Shown piece after piece: positions 38,490 through 50,765 of a stretch of 64,000 bases of DNA; positions within the stretch are counted from its first letter, which is position 1, and each line of letters begins with the position of its first letter. The DNA is from Bigelowiella natans CCMP2755 (lineage: Eukaryota > Protista > Cercozoa), in NCBI GenBank assembly GCA_000320545.1, contig ADNK01002519.1, positions 62,001 to 126,000 on the forward strand. Direction: 5' to 3'. The position numbers and the translations under genes are program-made. The notes under the pieces were generated by a model. That model saw only the letters and a program-made list of their open reading frames with translations, ran no database searches and was not told where the DNA came from.

Positions 38490-41378
38490 ATGCCCCCCTC
38501 TCGAGTTGCCATACCCCTACTCATCCTCCTCCGGGTACAATACTCCTCACCTTCGCACGTCCATGCTAAAAGATTGCACGAACATAAAAGTAGCATAGTC
38601 ATCGACCAGTTTGGAAGGCACCGTTGTAACTCTCGCCTAGGATGGTTGCAAACAAGGGAAAGACGACGACACTGTGGAGTTGCAGGGCTGGGAAGGAAGA
38701 TTAGTCGCCCAGCTTTGTCTCTTATACCAACTCGCCCGAGAGCAAATTCATTCATATTTAGACCGCCTGTGACAACTGAAGTTATAGGCCGTAAAGTTCC
38801 AGTTGTGCGAGGAAACAAGGAGCAAGAATTAGGCAGTTCCACTAGCAAAGCGGCGGTAAGATGGATGGAAGCTTTGAAACCCTGGGGCATTATGGGCTTG
38901 GTTGCAGCTGCCACTCTTGCATTTCCAGTTCCTACGGGTGTAGACCAAAGTGGATGGAATTTGTTGGCAATTTTTGTTTCAGTGGTAGTGGGAACGATGG
39001 TGGCACCTTTGCCAGTAGGAGCACTTTGTCTAATAGCTGTAGCGATATCAACTGCGACGGGATCTATTTCCATATCTGCTGCTCTGAAAGATCTTAGCAG
39101 CCCGAACATGTGGCTTGTAGTCATGGCCTTTTTTATTGCAAGGTAGCTTAATCTCGACCCTATCCGTCGAACGTATTATCTCTGTCTCTTCTTCATCAAT
39201 GACAGTTGTTTGTTCTTCTACCCCTCAGGGCAATTATAAAGTCAAATCTGGGAACAAGAATATCACTGCTTCTTGTAAAGTTGTTTGGACAGCGATCAAT
39301 TGGACTAGCATATTGTATGACCGCCTCGGAACTTTGCTTAGGCCCCGCTATCCCTTCTGTTACAGCTCGAAGTGGCGGTGTCGTGTATGAACAACTTACA
39401 ATTCTTAGCACAGTGTGATGATTATTATCAAAGCGTGTTATGATTTAATAAAACTAAATGCATATTATGAGTGAATAAAAAATTATAGTAAGAATACTAC
39501 AATTGAAGAGACTCAACAATGTGGTGGTGCCAGATTCATTTTTTCATCTGGGAAAAGCGTTGATAGATTCACATTTCGTCTTTGTATGAGCGTAACATGT
39601 TCCTTCTTATTTCAATTCAGGTATCCATTAATTCTCTCGTTAGCGTCAACATTCAACAGTACGGCAGAATCCCCGGAAAGTGCCCGCAAGCTCGGTTCCT
39701 TCCTCACCTTAAACGCGTTTCAAAGTTCTGCCATTACCTGCGCTATGTTTGCAACAGCCATGGCATCGAATCCCCAGGTTAGATCATAACAAACACACAA
39801 GTCTATGCTCCATCAAGTGGCTTATGCTGCTGCTCTTATCATATTTTTTATCAGATTCTTGGCTTTGCCAATGTTTTCCTTGCCTCTGTTGGACAAACGG
39901 AAGTAGCCATAACCCCAGGAAATTGGGTGATGAACATCTTCTCTTTTCTCATCAGCACGAGGCTTAACATTATTAGTATCACCCTCCTTCTCCTTCTCAT
40001 GATTTATCATTACTAATAAATGACAGGCAATGGGATCTGTGGTCCCTGGGCTCGTAAACCTAGCTGTGCTTCCTCTCCTGACATATTTCTTACACAAGCC
40101 GACGATTACCAGTATTCTGCACCTGCAACTACTCGTTACTACTTTCTCCAGATAGTAGTATCCTTACTCCCCTTCGTACTGTTATAGGAACTCCCCAAGC
40201 TAGGGAAATGGCTGAAGAGGGACTCAGTAAACTGGGTGATGTTAGAACCCTACTATCGTTTCTGCATTGCCACAATATTATTACGATTTTGGAAGTATGT
40301 CAATGACGTATCATCCTCAACGGATGTTTATCTAATGGAATGCTACTTCTTGCTGTGATATTCGTTATGCTTCACAAAGGTCCAATGAAGACAAACGAAA
40401 AAATCGTCGCGTTTACTATCATTTCGATGCTGGTTGCATGGTAATATTCAGTGAGAAGACCGTGTCTGTGTTTTACCTGGACATTATTCATAGCAAATAC
40501 ATTAGGGTTGCCCTTAATTGTTGTCTGACTTTAACTATTATTGTCATTATTATCCTCATTATATATCAAAACTATTTATTGTTGCGCAGGATTGGTGATG
40601 GGAGAATTCCTGGATTTTCTTTGGCCCCCACCGCTACAGCGTTCTTAGGGGTCTCTGCCCTGCTCCTCACGAAGGTACATCTAAAGACGATGATGATGAT
40701 GATGACGATCATAGTGATGAATTGCCAATGTTATCATGAGAAAACGAAGAATAAAGCACAAAGTGTGCTGATTTGTTTTCAATTTTCCATCGCAAGTGAC
40801 AAGCTTAAATGATTTATTTGATGAGAAGACATTCTGATGAAAATATGTTGATCGTAGTCGCTGTGCACCAACAACCATAGGTTTTAAGTTGGAACGATGT
40901 TTTGGGTGAGAAGGGTGCATGGGACACGTTGATCTGGTTGTCAATACTGTCTTCCTTAGCAGATGGTAATTACATTGCTAATATACTATCGTGCATTTTT
41001 CATGTGTTTTGGTTAAAAGATCCTTTTATGTTCTCAATTTTGTTATATTTTCAAGGCCTTCGAGAAAAGGGAGTCATAGCATTTTTTAGTGGAAAAATTG
41101 CAGCTGCTTTCGCAGTGAGGTAAGTGTATCAGTATTATCGTTTCAAAGAAATGCACGTATGCTGTTAATTGCCCCTTACGCACGCATGTATACTGCAAAC
41201 AGACGTCATATACGGACTGCTTCAAAAAGCGCTACACCACACACTTAATTGTGATCTATATTGAATATTTTGTCATTGCATAATTGCACGGTAGCGGGCT
41301 GTCTCCTGGACTTGCATTTGGACTTCTTGGAGCAATTTATCTTTATTCTCACTACTTTTTTGCAAGGTAAGAGTGGTA

Positions 41379-41413
<35 letters not shown>

Positions 41414-41557
41414 TCAGCTTTGTGCAGAAAAGACAGGCAAGACGTTCGATTTCATCGTATTGTCACCTCCTTTGTAAATTCCATAGAAACTTTTCACTAA
41501 ATCATTCTCTTCTTCATCTTTATTATCGTCATCACCGTCATCGTTGTGATCATTATC

Positions 41558-41610
<53 letters not shown>

Positions 41611-42328
41611 TACTTCTTCTTCTGTCAGCATCGGTGCACATGTGTCAGCAATGTACGTCTCCTTCCTGACTGTAGCTGTTGCACTTGGGGTGAAACCTCT
41701 TGGGGCAGCGTTAATGCTTGGTCTGTCATTTTCTTATTCACAATTCTTTATTCTACTTCTTCATTGGATATCAAAAGAATGTTGATAATTTAGTATTCTT
41801 TTCGCTACTACCACATATTTTGATCCAATAATCGTCATTAACATGCTAAACACAGCTAATACAACAGCAGCGACATACGATTCTCTGAATCAGCACACCT
41901 TATGCAACCTGTTTATGTTGAGTACTAAGGTGATGCTATTATTGTCTTGTTTGTTGTTTGGAATTTGTAAGGATATCTATCTAGTGTGATGGGTGGGTTG
42001 ACACATTTTGCAACTGGCGCAGCACCAGTGATGTTCGGTTCAGGGTATTTCCATCTTAACAGTAAATTGCCGCATCGTCGTTCTCTCCTTATTATTATAT
42101 TGTAGGTATGTGTCATTAAAGGAATGGTGGCGAGTAGGCTTCCTGTCGTCCTTGGTAAAGAATTATTACGACAAATGCATATAGTTAAGATGTAATAATT
42201 CTGATTCACAACAAAACATCATTGTTGTCGTCGCTTTGCTTTCCATCATAATGATACGTGGTCAGGTAAATCTTTCTATATGGACAATCGTTGGTGGAAG
42301 TTGGTTGAAAGTCTTGGGGTTCCTTTGA
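38490..42328 (+). CDS. DASS-family 2-oxoglutarate/malate (DiT/OMT-type) translocator, probably plastid-targeted
   Basis: FPVPTGVDQSGWNLLAIF, PLPVGA, WLVVMAFFIARAIIKSNLGTRI, AIPSVTARSGG, AMFATAMASNP, EKGAWDTLIW, HYFFASIGAHVSAMY, LTHFATGAAPVMFGSGY and WTIVGGSWLKVLGFL*. Has a ~120-aa signal + Arg/Ser-rich N-terminal extension. Confidence 0.92.
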
Positions 42329-42419
42329 ATAATGATAAAAGTTTGTTGAAAAATAGAAATCTGAAATCTGATAAACGGTACGTATACAAATATAACTCTG
42401 CCAATTTAGCAAAAATTAA

Positions 42420-43420
42420 GCCAAATGCTAATGTTCACAGCTAGACAACACGAAAAAAAATGCAGTGATACTTCAAAGCATTTGCGCAAAATTCGATTGG
42501 TCGGTTGCATGAATGCACACGAAGATGTTCGTTGGCGATGTGCAGGGGTCAATGTCTATTTGACGTATGACGAGCTAGCTAGATCTAGAGATGAACACGT
42601 GCTAGCTAGCTAGGGTGTGGCAGTCTAGCAGTATGCGTCCATTTAGCTATTCAGATTGTTCGTCCATTGGTGCTGCTATGAAAAACGAACGAACACGAAA
42701 GCAATGACTGACGTTGCGATCGTGCGCGGCGGCTCGCAACCACTGGGGAAAACTGTGTGCTTCTTGATCTGTGTTGACCACAGCACTCTTCGCACGAGGT
42801 CGCCATCAGATCAGACGGAAAAAGTTAGATAGTGATGAGTGACACTGTCGGTGTTGTCGGTGCAAGTGAATGCCGTTGGTCTAGTGCTGCAGCGGCGCGA
42901 CGGAGAAATCACACAACAGCATTTTAGAAATATGGACTATTTTGTAGCCAATACAAGGTATGCCCGCAGTGTGTAAATATTGCTGCTGCCAGCAATGGTC
43001 TCTTCTTGAATCGTTTTCACGCTTATTGTATGTTTGTCACAGCGTTCGTCAATGTTGATCATGGCTAGATGGATGTACACTGCATGCACTGTATACATCA
43101 TGCCATGCTAGCATGTACAAGACGACATGCATGTCTCAATGATTGGCATAATAAGTACAATCTAGACAATGCAAGACATAGCAGTGATTGTGGATGTATA
43201 TATCGTCATATAGAATGTATATAATATATAATGGCATGGACATTGCATTTCGATGTGTCTATAACATGCCATTGTGTCTATCTATGCTAGTATGATTAAC
43301 ACGCACAGTTGCATACGAAGTGTGTACTATGCTTCAGGTCTGCCATGAGAGTTCTGCCTTCTGATAATCGCAACCATGAATGTGCTCACATTTGCACCGC
43401 AGAGATGTATGTAGTGGTTA
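42420..43420. other. CTAG/CATG-rich intergenic island
   Basis: gctagctag arrays at 42574-42613, with CATG/TGCA-rich and partly TpA-poor sequence between convergent genes. Confidence 0.6.
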
Positions 43421-43425
43421 CATGT

Positions 43426-44475
43426 CTACATGTATATGATGTCTTCAAAAGTTAATTTACCCGAATTATTATTGGGCTGTGGATTGCCTACCGATTTTTG
43501 CTGTTCGACGGGTGCTTTTCCCTCATGTTTCTTTTTTCTTCTCCTTTTCTTCTTCTTCTGAGAGGTCTCGGTATGTTTTTCTTTTGCCAATCGAAGGGCA
43601 TTCTGTAGCCGTTCTATTTCCTTCTTGCACATTGCAAGCTCTTCAACCTTATTCTCAAGATTGTGAACGGCCATCTCCTTCTCCTTCGATTCTGCTTCGA
43701 GAGTGTTCTGTAGCTGTGTCGCCTCCTTCTTGCATTCTGTTAGCGACTTAGTCTCAAGATCTAATTTGTGAATAGCCTCATTTTTCGCTTTCGCTTCATT
43801 TTGGAGAGCGTTCTGCAGCCGTATGTTGTCGTTCTTCAGCCCAATTACTGATTTCAGAGCCTCCTCCTTCGCCTTCACTTCATTTTGTATGGCGTCCTGT
43901 AGCTTCGTCTTTTCATTCTTCAACTTAATCGCGGATGCCAGAGCCTCCTCTTTCGCATATACCTCAGCTTGCGAAGTGCTTTTAATCTGTGCCATTTCCT
44001 TCTTGCACATTGCAAGCTCTTCAACCTTACTCTCAAGATTGTGAACGGCCATCTCCTTCTCCTTCGATTCTGCTTCGAGAGTGTTCTGTAGCTGTGTCGC
44101 CTCCTTCTTGCATTCTGTTAGCGACTTAGTCTCAAGATCTAATTTGTGAATAGCCTCATTTTTCGCTTTCGCTTCATTTTGGAGAGCGTTCTGCAGCCGT
44201 ATGTTGTCGTTCTTCAGCCTAATTACGGACTTCAGAGCCTCCTCCTTCGCCTTCACTTCAATTTGTATGGCGTCCTGTAGCTTCGTCTTTTCATTCTTCA
44301 ACATGTTCGAAGTTGTGTATTTCGTGACCCTCTGGAAGAGCAGTGTGCTTAGCGCCCCCGCTGCAAGTCCTATTGCCCCAACAGTAACTACCTTCGCTTT
44401 GTTGTTGTTCGCAGACATCGTGGCTTGCAGGAGAGAAATATGAGAAAGAAAGAAAATAATGCCGAAATATTTCAC
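43426..44475 (-). CDS. Coiled-coil protein with N-terminal hydrophobic anchor and internal 126-aa-period duplication
   Basis: Intronless 349-codon ORF; VVTVGAIGLAAGALSTLLF is followed by a heptad-rich region. DNA duplication at 43616-43924 / 43994-44302. Confidence 0.8.
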   Translation of the reverse strand: MKYFGIIFFLSHISLLQATMSANNNKAKVVTVGAIGLAAGALSTLLFQRVTKYTTSNMLKNEKTKLQDAIQIEVKAKEEALKSVIRLKNDNIRLQNALQNEAKAKNEAIHKLDLETKSLTECKKEATQLQNTLEAESKEKEMAVHNLESKVEELAMCKKEMAQIKSTSQAEVYAKEEALASAIKLKNEKTKLQDAIQNEVKAKEEALKSVIGLKNDNIRLQNALQNEAKAKNEAIHKLDLETKSLTECKKEATQLQNTLEAESKEKEMAVHNLENKVEELAMCKKEIERLQNALRLAKEKHTETSQKKKKRRRKKKHEGKAPVEQQKSVGNPQPNNNSGKLTFEDIIYM

Positions 44476-44882
44476 CGGGTAGTGACAAAAAATCGGGATT
44501 CATATAGAAATATCATCACCTAAGGATATTTCTGCTGTGCGACAAGAATTTCGGACATATTTTAGAAATATCTCTTGAGGTTATTTTTGCTGTGCGACAA
44601 TGTATTCAGACACATTTTTGCTGCTTTTTGGCCTACTACTCAGATAAACCGAATCATGGATGCTCAGACGACGATGCGGATGATGATGATGATGATGAAG
44701 ATGATGACGAGGTGATGATAATGATGATGATTGTCATGATGATAACGATGATGATCAGGCGCTCACTCTATCATTAGCTACTGCTTTTTCACCCTTCTTC
44801 TCTGCTACTACTACTGCTACAATTACACAATGTTACATGGCTCCTTAGTATCTGCAAGCAGCGGTGAGAGACTACAACAAGT

Positions 44883-45008
44883 ATGGTGTGCTCGGAACGG
44901 AGGGCTCGTTCGGCCATTCTGGCCTCATTCGTGTGCTGGCAACTTCTTTTGTGGATTCCAGCGTATTACATGTTTGGCACTGGAGATGATTTGGTACCTA
45001 TACTTTCC

Positions 45009-45049
<41 letters not shown>

Positions 45050-45273
45050 AATGCCTAAACTGATATATTTCAAAGGTCGGTCCATCATCCTCGTCACACT
45101 ACGATGCTGAGGGAGATATGAAGCTAAAAGTATTAAGACCAATAAGTATCCCAGAATGTAATATGTGATGTGCAGCTGTGTTGACACCTCGGGTGATGTA
45201 ATATGTGATGTGCAGCTGTGTTGACACCTCGGGTGATGTAATATGTGATGTGCAGCTGTGTTGACACCTCGGG

Positions 45274-45328
<55 letters not shown>

Positions 45329-47531
45329 ATGTAACATTCTTTGTTTCGTCCCAATAGAGATTGGAAAAACAAATTTTCGAGGCCAAGACTCTCATAGAGT
45401 CTGCTACTCAAGTATTAAGGCAAAAGGGCATACTCAAGAAAGATATGGTACAGCATCTAAATGGTCAAATATGCAAAGAAGATTCGATTTACACCCGTCA
45501 TGGAGGCCCGACGGGGGACAGTACTGACTCCAATCAGGTAGTATACCACTACGCGTGACCCTTTCAATGATAACAACTAGAAAACGACGCGTGGATTCTT
45601 CAATATCGTTTTCTCCTTTTTGTCATATATATAGGCGTGTCTTCAAAAGTGCATAGCAAATCCTGAATGCGGATTTGCGGCTGCGTGGCCAGATAGAGGT
45701 TGCCGTCATTGGGCTGCTAAGTGTACGACAGAGCCGAGTACAAATAGCCCAGTTCTATATAAACGAAGGGAAGAGAATTTAGCAGATCTTCTTTCTAACG
45801 ACATCTCGAGAAAGGAGTCTTCCTATCCTCTCTCTCATCTACCAATGCCAGCAGTAGCAGGAGGAGGAAAAGCGCCAAGCCCTGACCCACCAGGACTACT
45901 GTTAAAGCCTGTTGATCCCTCTAAGAAAGGCCTCATTCCTATTGTCGTTATCTGCTTTAATCGTGCAAACTTTCTCCGTCGCACACTGACTTCTCTGAGC
46001 ACGAATATAGCGAAAATGAGTGGTGGGCGCGCTGATAATTTCCCCATATACATAAGTCGGCAAGGTGACCATCCTGGAGTAGGCCAGGTCATCAAATACT
46101 ACTACTTTTACACTGTTGTAGCTCTTCTGTTTTTCCTTCTTCATGTAGTTAATGTAAGGTGTAGTGCGGTAGGGTTGTTGTATATATATTATCTGGTACT
46201 AGTGCTAGCAGTTAGTCTTTTATTCCTTACACTTCTTCTTGTCGTCTGAAGGTAATTGAAGAGTTTGCATCCATGATTCATGGAATCAATCGGTATAACT
46301 TCATCGACAATGGAGCTCGTAAGAAGGGGTATAGCACAAAAAGATCATGATAGTATATCTTGAACAGCAAATGAGATGTGTGTTGTTGCTACTAACAGAT
46401 TTGAAGGCAGTCAATGGCTCTCATACTACAAGATCTCGCAGCACTATCAATCGGCTTTAAAATGGTTGTTTCAGACGCAAGGAATGCCTCGTGCCCTAGT
46501 ATTGGAAGATGATCTTGAGGTAGTATTGACAGAATGTCGCTGCAATACCTGTGGTGGTGGTGATAGATGGTGATGATGGGCCGGCAGTGATAATCATGGT
46601 GACATGGTTGTCAAATCCTTCTTTGTAGATGATTATTCTCTTGCTCATCTTTATACCTCTTCCATCTTTCAGATAGCCGTAGACTTCTTCGAGTATTTCT
46701 CTTCGTTAGCTCCAATCTACGATGAAGATCCTACAGTGTTTTGTGTATCTGCTTGGAACGATAATGGGATGACCAAGGTGATAGTTGGGAGAACTTCCAA
46801 ACAATATGAATTTCCAATTTTCCCTCCACCATGCACTTGATTTGTTTCGAAAAGATGAAAGAAATTTAGTAAGACCGATTGGAATTGCACAGAACTTCCG
46901 ACGTGAATACTCCACTGTAGTATAAGTAGGAGGAGGTTCAATGCCATCTTATATGATGGGCATTACTATTCTGTTTACGGTGATCATTGTTATCTTGATG
47001 ATTATGATGATGATTACTACTATAACTACTAATCAGGTTGTGAAAGACAATAGAAATATTCTAAGAACTGATGTGTTTCCTGGCCTTGGCTGGATGATTA
47101 ATCGAAGGTGTTGTGCATGTAGCCTATTCTCCAGTTGGAATGTGTTTCTGCACGGCAATAATGAAATAAAACACATTTGTTGACTTACGATTAGGATTTG
47201 GGATGAGCTGAGTGTAAAGTGGCCATTGGCGTTTTGGGACGACTGGATGAGAGAGAAAGAGCAGCCTAGAGGAAGATCCTGCATAATGCCAGAGGTAGGT
47301 TGCTAGTACAAATGGCACTAGTACTACTACTTGTAGTAATAGTAGTGGTTGTATGTGTCTTCTTTCATCTGAATTACTCCAACAAGAGGAACATCGTCAC
47401 GTCTTTATTTCTATCAAAGGGTATATAAAACACACGCACACACACGCACACACACACACAAACTACGAATCAAAGGTGAATCGAGTGTATACATTTGGAG
47501 ATCGAGGTAGTAAAAGGAACGTTTGTTTTGA

Positions 47532-47568
<37 letters not shown>

Positions 47569-47975
47569 CAATACATTTATATATGTATATAAACACATGC
47601 GCACTGATATGTGTTATGACTTGTTTTTGGTCCCTGAACTTTTTCTAATACACCTATCATTATAACAGGAAATTCCGTCGATAACACGTTCTGGAGATTA
47701 TATCTTGCCCCCATCCGGTTAAACGATGAAGAAGTAGACTTTGCCAATATTGACATCAGCTACATTAAAATGCCCAATTATCAACGTCACATTGCTGATC
47801 AAGTTCGTGCAGCAACAAAGGTAAGTTGTACAGGCTGCTTTATCCTCACCCTCTTCTGAGATAGATTTTCCTCTTCAGATTAGTGTCAATGAGATCCAAA
47901 GCAGCCAGGCAAGCGTTCGTGTTGTTACTTACTCAAATCAAATGGAGTTTCGATCTGCCGCGAACGTCCTGGGTT

Positions 47976-48027
<52 letters not shown>

Positions 48028-48165
48028 GAGTAGTATTTTGTAATTTGGATAACGATACGGTTCCGATGGTGTGTGTGAGAGGAATCAATGATCAAACACA
48101 AAGCACTTTAATTTAATCACTCGTCGCAATTATGAACGTACAGTGTAACATGAGGCACATAAACA

Positions 48166-48224
<59 letters not shown>

Positions 48225-48445
48225 TATATTTATGTACTTGTGTGTGTAAACTGCCATTCGAAACAGGTATTCAGCCGGATTTCAAGAATGGAAATCCAAG
48301 AGCTTCCTTTGGACATATTAACTTAGCGTACGCGAGTGGAAGAAAGACATTCATCGTAGATACGCAAGCATATTCCAAAATCCAGCGGCAAGAGGAAAAT
48401 TGGCCCTACCTATGGGCTGGATCAGATGTTGTGAGATCACAATGA
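44883..48445 (+). CDS. MGAT1: Alpha-1,3-mannosyl-glycoprotein 2-beta-N-acetylglucosaminyltransferase (GnT-I, GT13 family)
   Basis: Type II TM start followed by IPIVVICFNR, YYKISQHY, LEDDLEIAVDFFEYF, CVSAWNDNG, RTDVFPGLGWM, KWPLAFWDDWMR and RSCIMPEVNRVYTFG. Confidence 0.93.
45156..45280. repeat. Intronic minisatellite, 3 x 40 bp, abutting (TA)n
   Basis: atgtaatatgtgatgtgcagctgtgttgacacctcgggtg, three perfect copies. Confidence 0.95.
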
Positions 48446-49134
48446 TAATTATCAATTGAGTCCTATGCTTCTAGAGTTGGGTGTGCTCCTCAATTAGAAT
48501 ACAATCATTTTCAACCTTTCCAGCTGTTGGTTTCTTGGTGGAAGAAAATTTAGAAATATTGGGTTCAAAACACAGAACATTAGACTGCGGATTTACTGCG
48601 CGCATTTATTGCATGTGCTAGCTACGCTGCGATTCGAGAGGTACATCATGTTCATCGCGTGTGCGATAAATATGTAATTTCGTAGTATTATTCACTCATT
48701 CAGAGAGCAAAGTATACGTAGCATGCGTACATGAGTTGCACCTAAACAAATTCAGAACTGGCGCGTAAAGCAAATTGTTTTTGCTAGCTAGCCAAGGCGT
48801 GTGCTTGGGAGCAGTGTCATGTAACATCCCATGTATTGCCAAGATTGTGGGACACGTGTATTCTGTCTCAATGCACTATATCTAATTACGAAGATCGTCG
48901 CTACAGCATGTATCCTATTGAGGCCAAAAGCTTTTGAAAAACAAAACTGACATATAGTGCTTGCTGCGCGGAAATCACAGGCTACGCACGCGCTGCGAAT
49001 CATCATCGTGTTGACAGACTAACAGTCACAGCTCATATATATATAAATATGACAATTGGTAAATATATTATATGTGGCATAAAAGAAGAAATTTTGTAAA
49101 AGGAACTGCTGACTAACAGCTAGCGTTTAGCATG

Positions 49135-50547
49135 TCACTGCGTGCAATTGCTTGATATACGAGCTTGTCTCAAAAGGTCTTTCAGCTGATGTTCATTCAA
49201 TATCTTGCCATGTAATTTATTGAGGTCCTGAGTAGTGGTTTCAGAACGTCCTTTTCGCCAAAGATCCACGAACTCTCTCCTAGTCGCCCTTCTGAACCCA
49301 AATTTTGTCTGGAAATAGCTCGCAGTACTGCCTACATCGAACAATTTAATCCCCATTTGTGAAAGCCACAGCAGTGAAGCTTGGATTTGAACGCAATCAC
49401 ATCTACGATATAATTGGGTGTCGGCAAATCCAGAGAGACTGGTATAGCATGTGCCAACAACAAATCCCACCTCAGCTGCAGCTAGGACCTTTTTTTGCGA
49501 TAAGACATTATTCTCCCCTCCAGGGCTCTTTTTTGCCATGACGTGCTTATGATCCCACAGCTCAAACGTGCACATTCGAATCTCGGCACCAGATTGAGTT
49601 GTCCCATGTAAGGATTTTGTATCGTCGGTGTTGGCTCCAACTCTAGGAAGGGATAAAAAGAGGTCTCGAATCCGACGAAAACCAAGCCAATTCACACCCT
49701 TCCTCTTTACAATCTCTTCTAGTACACGTTCGAAACACGTTGAGTAAGTCAGAGTGAAGCTATGTTTGTTCACCGTTCGGATAGTTTTCTTCCCTATTCG
49801 CATCTTCTTGATGTCTGACAGTATCAAGCGTCCACCAGGATCTCCCAACCAACCTTCTGGTGTCATTTTACCAGTGGCTTCTCTGCGTGTACCACAGAGC
49901 TCAAGGTTGAGAACACAGCGCTCCTTCAGAATCCTATTCGGCATGTCGATGTCTGTTGCATAAGGAAAGAACCCCGCAAAGACTGCTCGTCCTAGAAACG
50001 ATGGTCTCCAGTCTAGAGTGTAAAAACGGAGCAAAGACGAGGTCGGACGTTCGTCGCGTTTGTCCACCTTCCGTGCCAATATGGTGTGTTTCCAACGGGA
50101 TCGTCTCCCTCGATTCCAACGCGGGGAGATCATTAAATTCACTAGATCATCCCATTGCGCTGGTGTGTAATCTCCGGAAGCTAGGCAGGCTCGGTGGCCA
50201 TGCATCGTGTCCAGTTCTGGATTGTGCATCCTTAGATTGGCGAGGGAGTACCAGTCATCATGCTGTTGAGGAGAAGTGCGGGCCTTTTTCAGCCTCTTTG
50301 CCTCCTCGCTGATGATTCCAAGCTTGCTGCTACCAAAATTTCTTCTCTTTCTCCTGGAGGGCTGAGCTATGTTCTTATCCCCTGTTTCTCTTTCGTCCAT
50401 TCTTGATGAGGAGCTGATGAGATGGTGGAATGTGGGAAATCCACCAGTCTTTCTCTTCTGTTGCGAGCCGAACAAATTCTTTCTTTTCATACCTGCGACA
50501 ACCCTATGATTAAGATGCTGCGACAAAGGAATCGACATGTCGCACAT
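49135..50547 (-). CDS. Leucyl/phenylalanyl-tRNA-protein transferase (Aat)-like protein
   Basis: FTLTYSTCFERVL..NWL, TFELW..LAAAEVGFVVGTCYTSLSGF and VQ..L..MGIKLFDVG..YFQTKFG match the L/F-transferase GNAT-like C-domain pattern. Intronless; the true start may be a downstream ATG. Confidence 0.75.
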   Translation of the reverse strand: MCDMSIPLSQHLNHRVVAGMKRKNLFGSQQKRKTGGFPTFHHLISSSSRMDERETGDKNIAQPSRRKRRNFGSSKLGIISEEAKRLKKARTSPQQHDDWYSLANLRMHNPELDTMHGHRACLASGDYTPAQWDDLVNLMISPRWNRGRRSRWKHTILARKVDKRDERPTSSLLRFYTLDWRPSFLGRAVFAGFFPYATDIDMPNRILKERCVLNLELCGTRREATGKMTPEGWLGDPGGRLILSDIKKMRIGKKTIRTVNKHSFTLTYSTCFERVLEEIVKRKGVNWLGFRRIRDLFLSLPRVGANTDDTKSLHGTTQSGAEIRMCTFELWDHKHVMAKKSPGGENNVLSQKKVLAAAEVGFVVGTCYTSLSGFADTQLYRRCDCVQIQASLLWLSQMGIKLFDVGSTASYFQTKFGFRRATRREFVDLWRKGRSETTTQDLNKLHGKILNEHQLKDLLRQARISSNCTQ

Positions 50548-50765
50548 TGCTATTATGACTGTATTCTCCTGCTTGAATTTCTCCTCTTTCCGCTCGCGGG
50601 AAACAATATCAAAAACAACATTTCCACTTCCATCAACGATGGACCACCCCCTCTCCCACGAGTGGATCTAGGGAAGAGAGACAAAGATAACTACTGCGAG
50701 GGACGCAAACAAAAATTGCTATAAAACGATACCTAATTGTGGAGAATTGTTACTGCTAACCAAGT

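Noticed and set aside
45156-45280. 40-bp repeat x3 as a CRISPR array
   Set aside because: Copies are head-to-tail with no spacers, inside a eukaryotic intron, and no cas genes are present.
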